The notes under the pieces are model-generated. The model was not told where the DNA came from. It was given only the letters and a program-made list of their open reading frames with translations, and made no database searches. A stretch of 64,000 nucleotides of DNA from NCBI GenBank assembly GCA_002633005.1, contig NMRA01000369.1:147885-211884 (forward strand). The letters are read 5' to 3'. A program made the position numbers and the translations under genes. The stretch is from Phoronis australis. Lineage: Eukaryota > Animalia > Phoronida. Position 1 is the stretch's first letter; each line of letters starts with the position of its first letter. This document shows positions 62,821-64,000 of the stretch, one piece after another.

Positions 62821-63811
62821 CAGTGGCAGATCTAGGATATCACAAGGGGGAGGGCCCAACATTATGTCTGTAAACATTTGCTCAAAACACGTTCGTAGAT
62901 GCGCATAGCACCGAATGGGGGGAGGCAAACCCCCCTCCCGACCAGGAAATATTTCCGTTTTTTCCTCTAAAAATCGAGCATTTTCCTTGATTCCTGAAGT
63001 ATTATCCAAGAAAAAAGGCAAAAAAAAACAAAAAACGGAAAGTGTCAAACAGGAAAAACTGCGAGCACCACAGACTCGAACTCCCGACCTGTCGGATGGA
63101 GCGCGTGTGCTTTACCAGTGCACCACCACAATTTAACTCCTAATTTGATACTAAGAGACCTACTTGTTTATGGTCCACAGCGTTGGTGCGCAAAAACTTC
63201 TTTTTGTAATGCTTATTACATGTTAAATATTTTGTGCAATCAGTTCGTAACAAATTTGTTGTATTTAAAATAGTCTTCAATTGCCCAAAAGACCAAATCT
63301 GTTTTTTGTGTTGGCAATAATGACGTGATTGCTTTGGAAATTGTCTTAAGTTAAGGTTTGACAAAGAGAGAGTTATGAGTTTCTGAGTGATTTACTATGG
63401 CTTTGATTAAAATTGACATCTTACCAGCAGCTTCTGTTTTTCCATCATGACTCAGATTCCATTTTTTAAAGAAAATGAAGTAATTTTCTTCGTTGCACAG
63501 TGGAGCAGTCGACGGAAACAAAGTCGTAGTGCCCAGCGCCACTGCCGATCACCTGAGATATCGCGGGAGAGCTTATACTTAGCCATAGTTCCGTTACGAT
63601 TGTGCTGTGTTCCCAATTTGACACTTGAAATTGGATCTGAGCCCCCCCCCAAACACTAAAACTGCACACATTTAAATCTTGTTTCAGCCGTATAATTTTG
63701 ATTACCGTTAATTAATAAACTCAACATTTCCCTACGCTCTTGCTCTTTTATTTTTTTTGCGGCAGCCAAGGGGGAGGGGGTGCCGGGCCCCTCCCCCTAA
63801 ATCCGCCTATG
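62821..63811 (-). mobile_element. hAT-like MITE (long form, 991 bp) with 5-bp TSD and internal tRNA-like segment
   Basis: Ends CAGTGGCAGATCTAGG and CCTAAATCCGCCTATG, flanked by TATTA on both sides. Same termini as the short copies, in the opposite orientation. Confidence 0.9.
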
Positions 63812-64000
63812 TATTAGCAACATGATTTAGATGGTTTAATTAGTGTGAGGCGTAATTTGCCTGAAAGCTTGTGCCGTATGAAGGGCCTATGGGATGACTA
63901 CCATCTCTACTGGGATCGGTTGAGAGGATATTACTGTCTAGAGCATTACAAAAACCTGCCACTTGATTTCAACTTCAGTCGACAACGGTTTCCAAATCGA

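Overview
Eukaryotic (bilaterian invertebrate-like, AT-rich, intron-rich) genomic DNA from a draft assembly with an ~800-N gap at 29571-30371. Four spliced genes can be reconstructed by hand from GT-AG boundaries and recognisable protein motifs. They are: a probable Sororin/CDCA5-like gene (+, 6910 to at least 13650, last exon not found); a complete 7-exon CRH-binding protein gene (+, 33396-53368); a complete 4-exon ERH gene (-, 61756-54825); and exon 1 of ZIP9/SLC39A9 (+, 62139-62234), head-to-head with ERH as in vertebrates. The rest is a mosaic of mobile-element remnants: an internally deleted DIRS/Ngaro element, a THAP-bearing ISL2EU-like element, a 5-bp-TSD hAT-like MITE family whose long form carries a tRNA-like Pol III cassette, a 6-bp-TSD IS3EU-like MITE, foldbacks and a Penelope-type hammerhead remnant. 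There is also a 44-bp minisatellite. I did not find a clearly new multi-gene system. The best candidates for something undescribed are a short palindromic element family sitting in intron 1 of two different genes and the tRNA-carrying 5-bp-TSD MITE. All homology calls come from remembered family motifs, not database searches.
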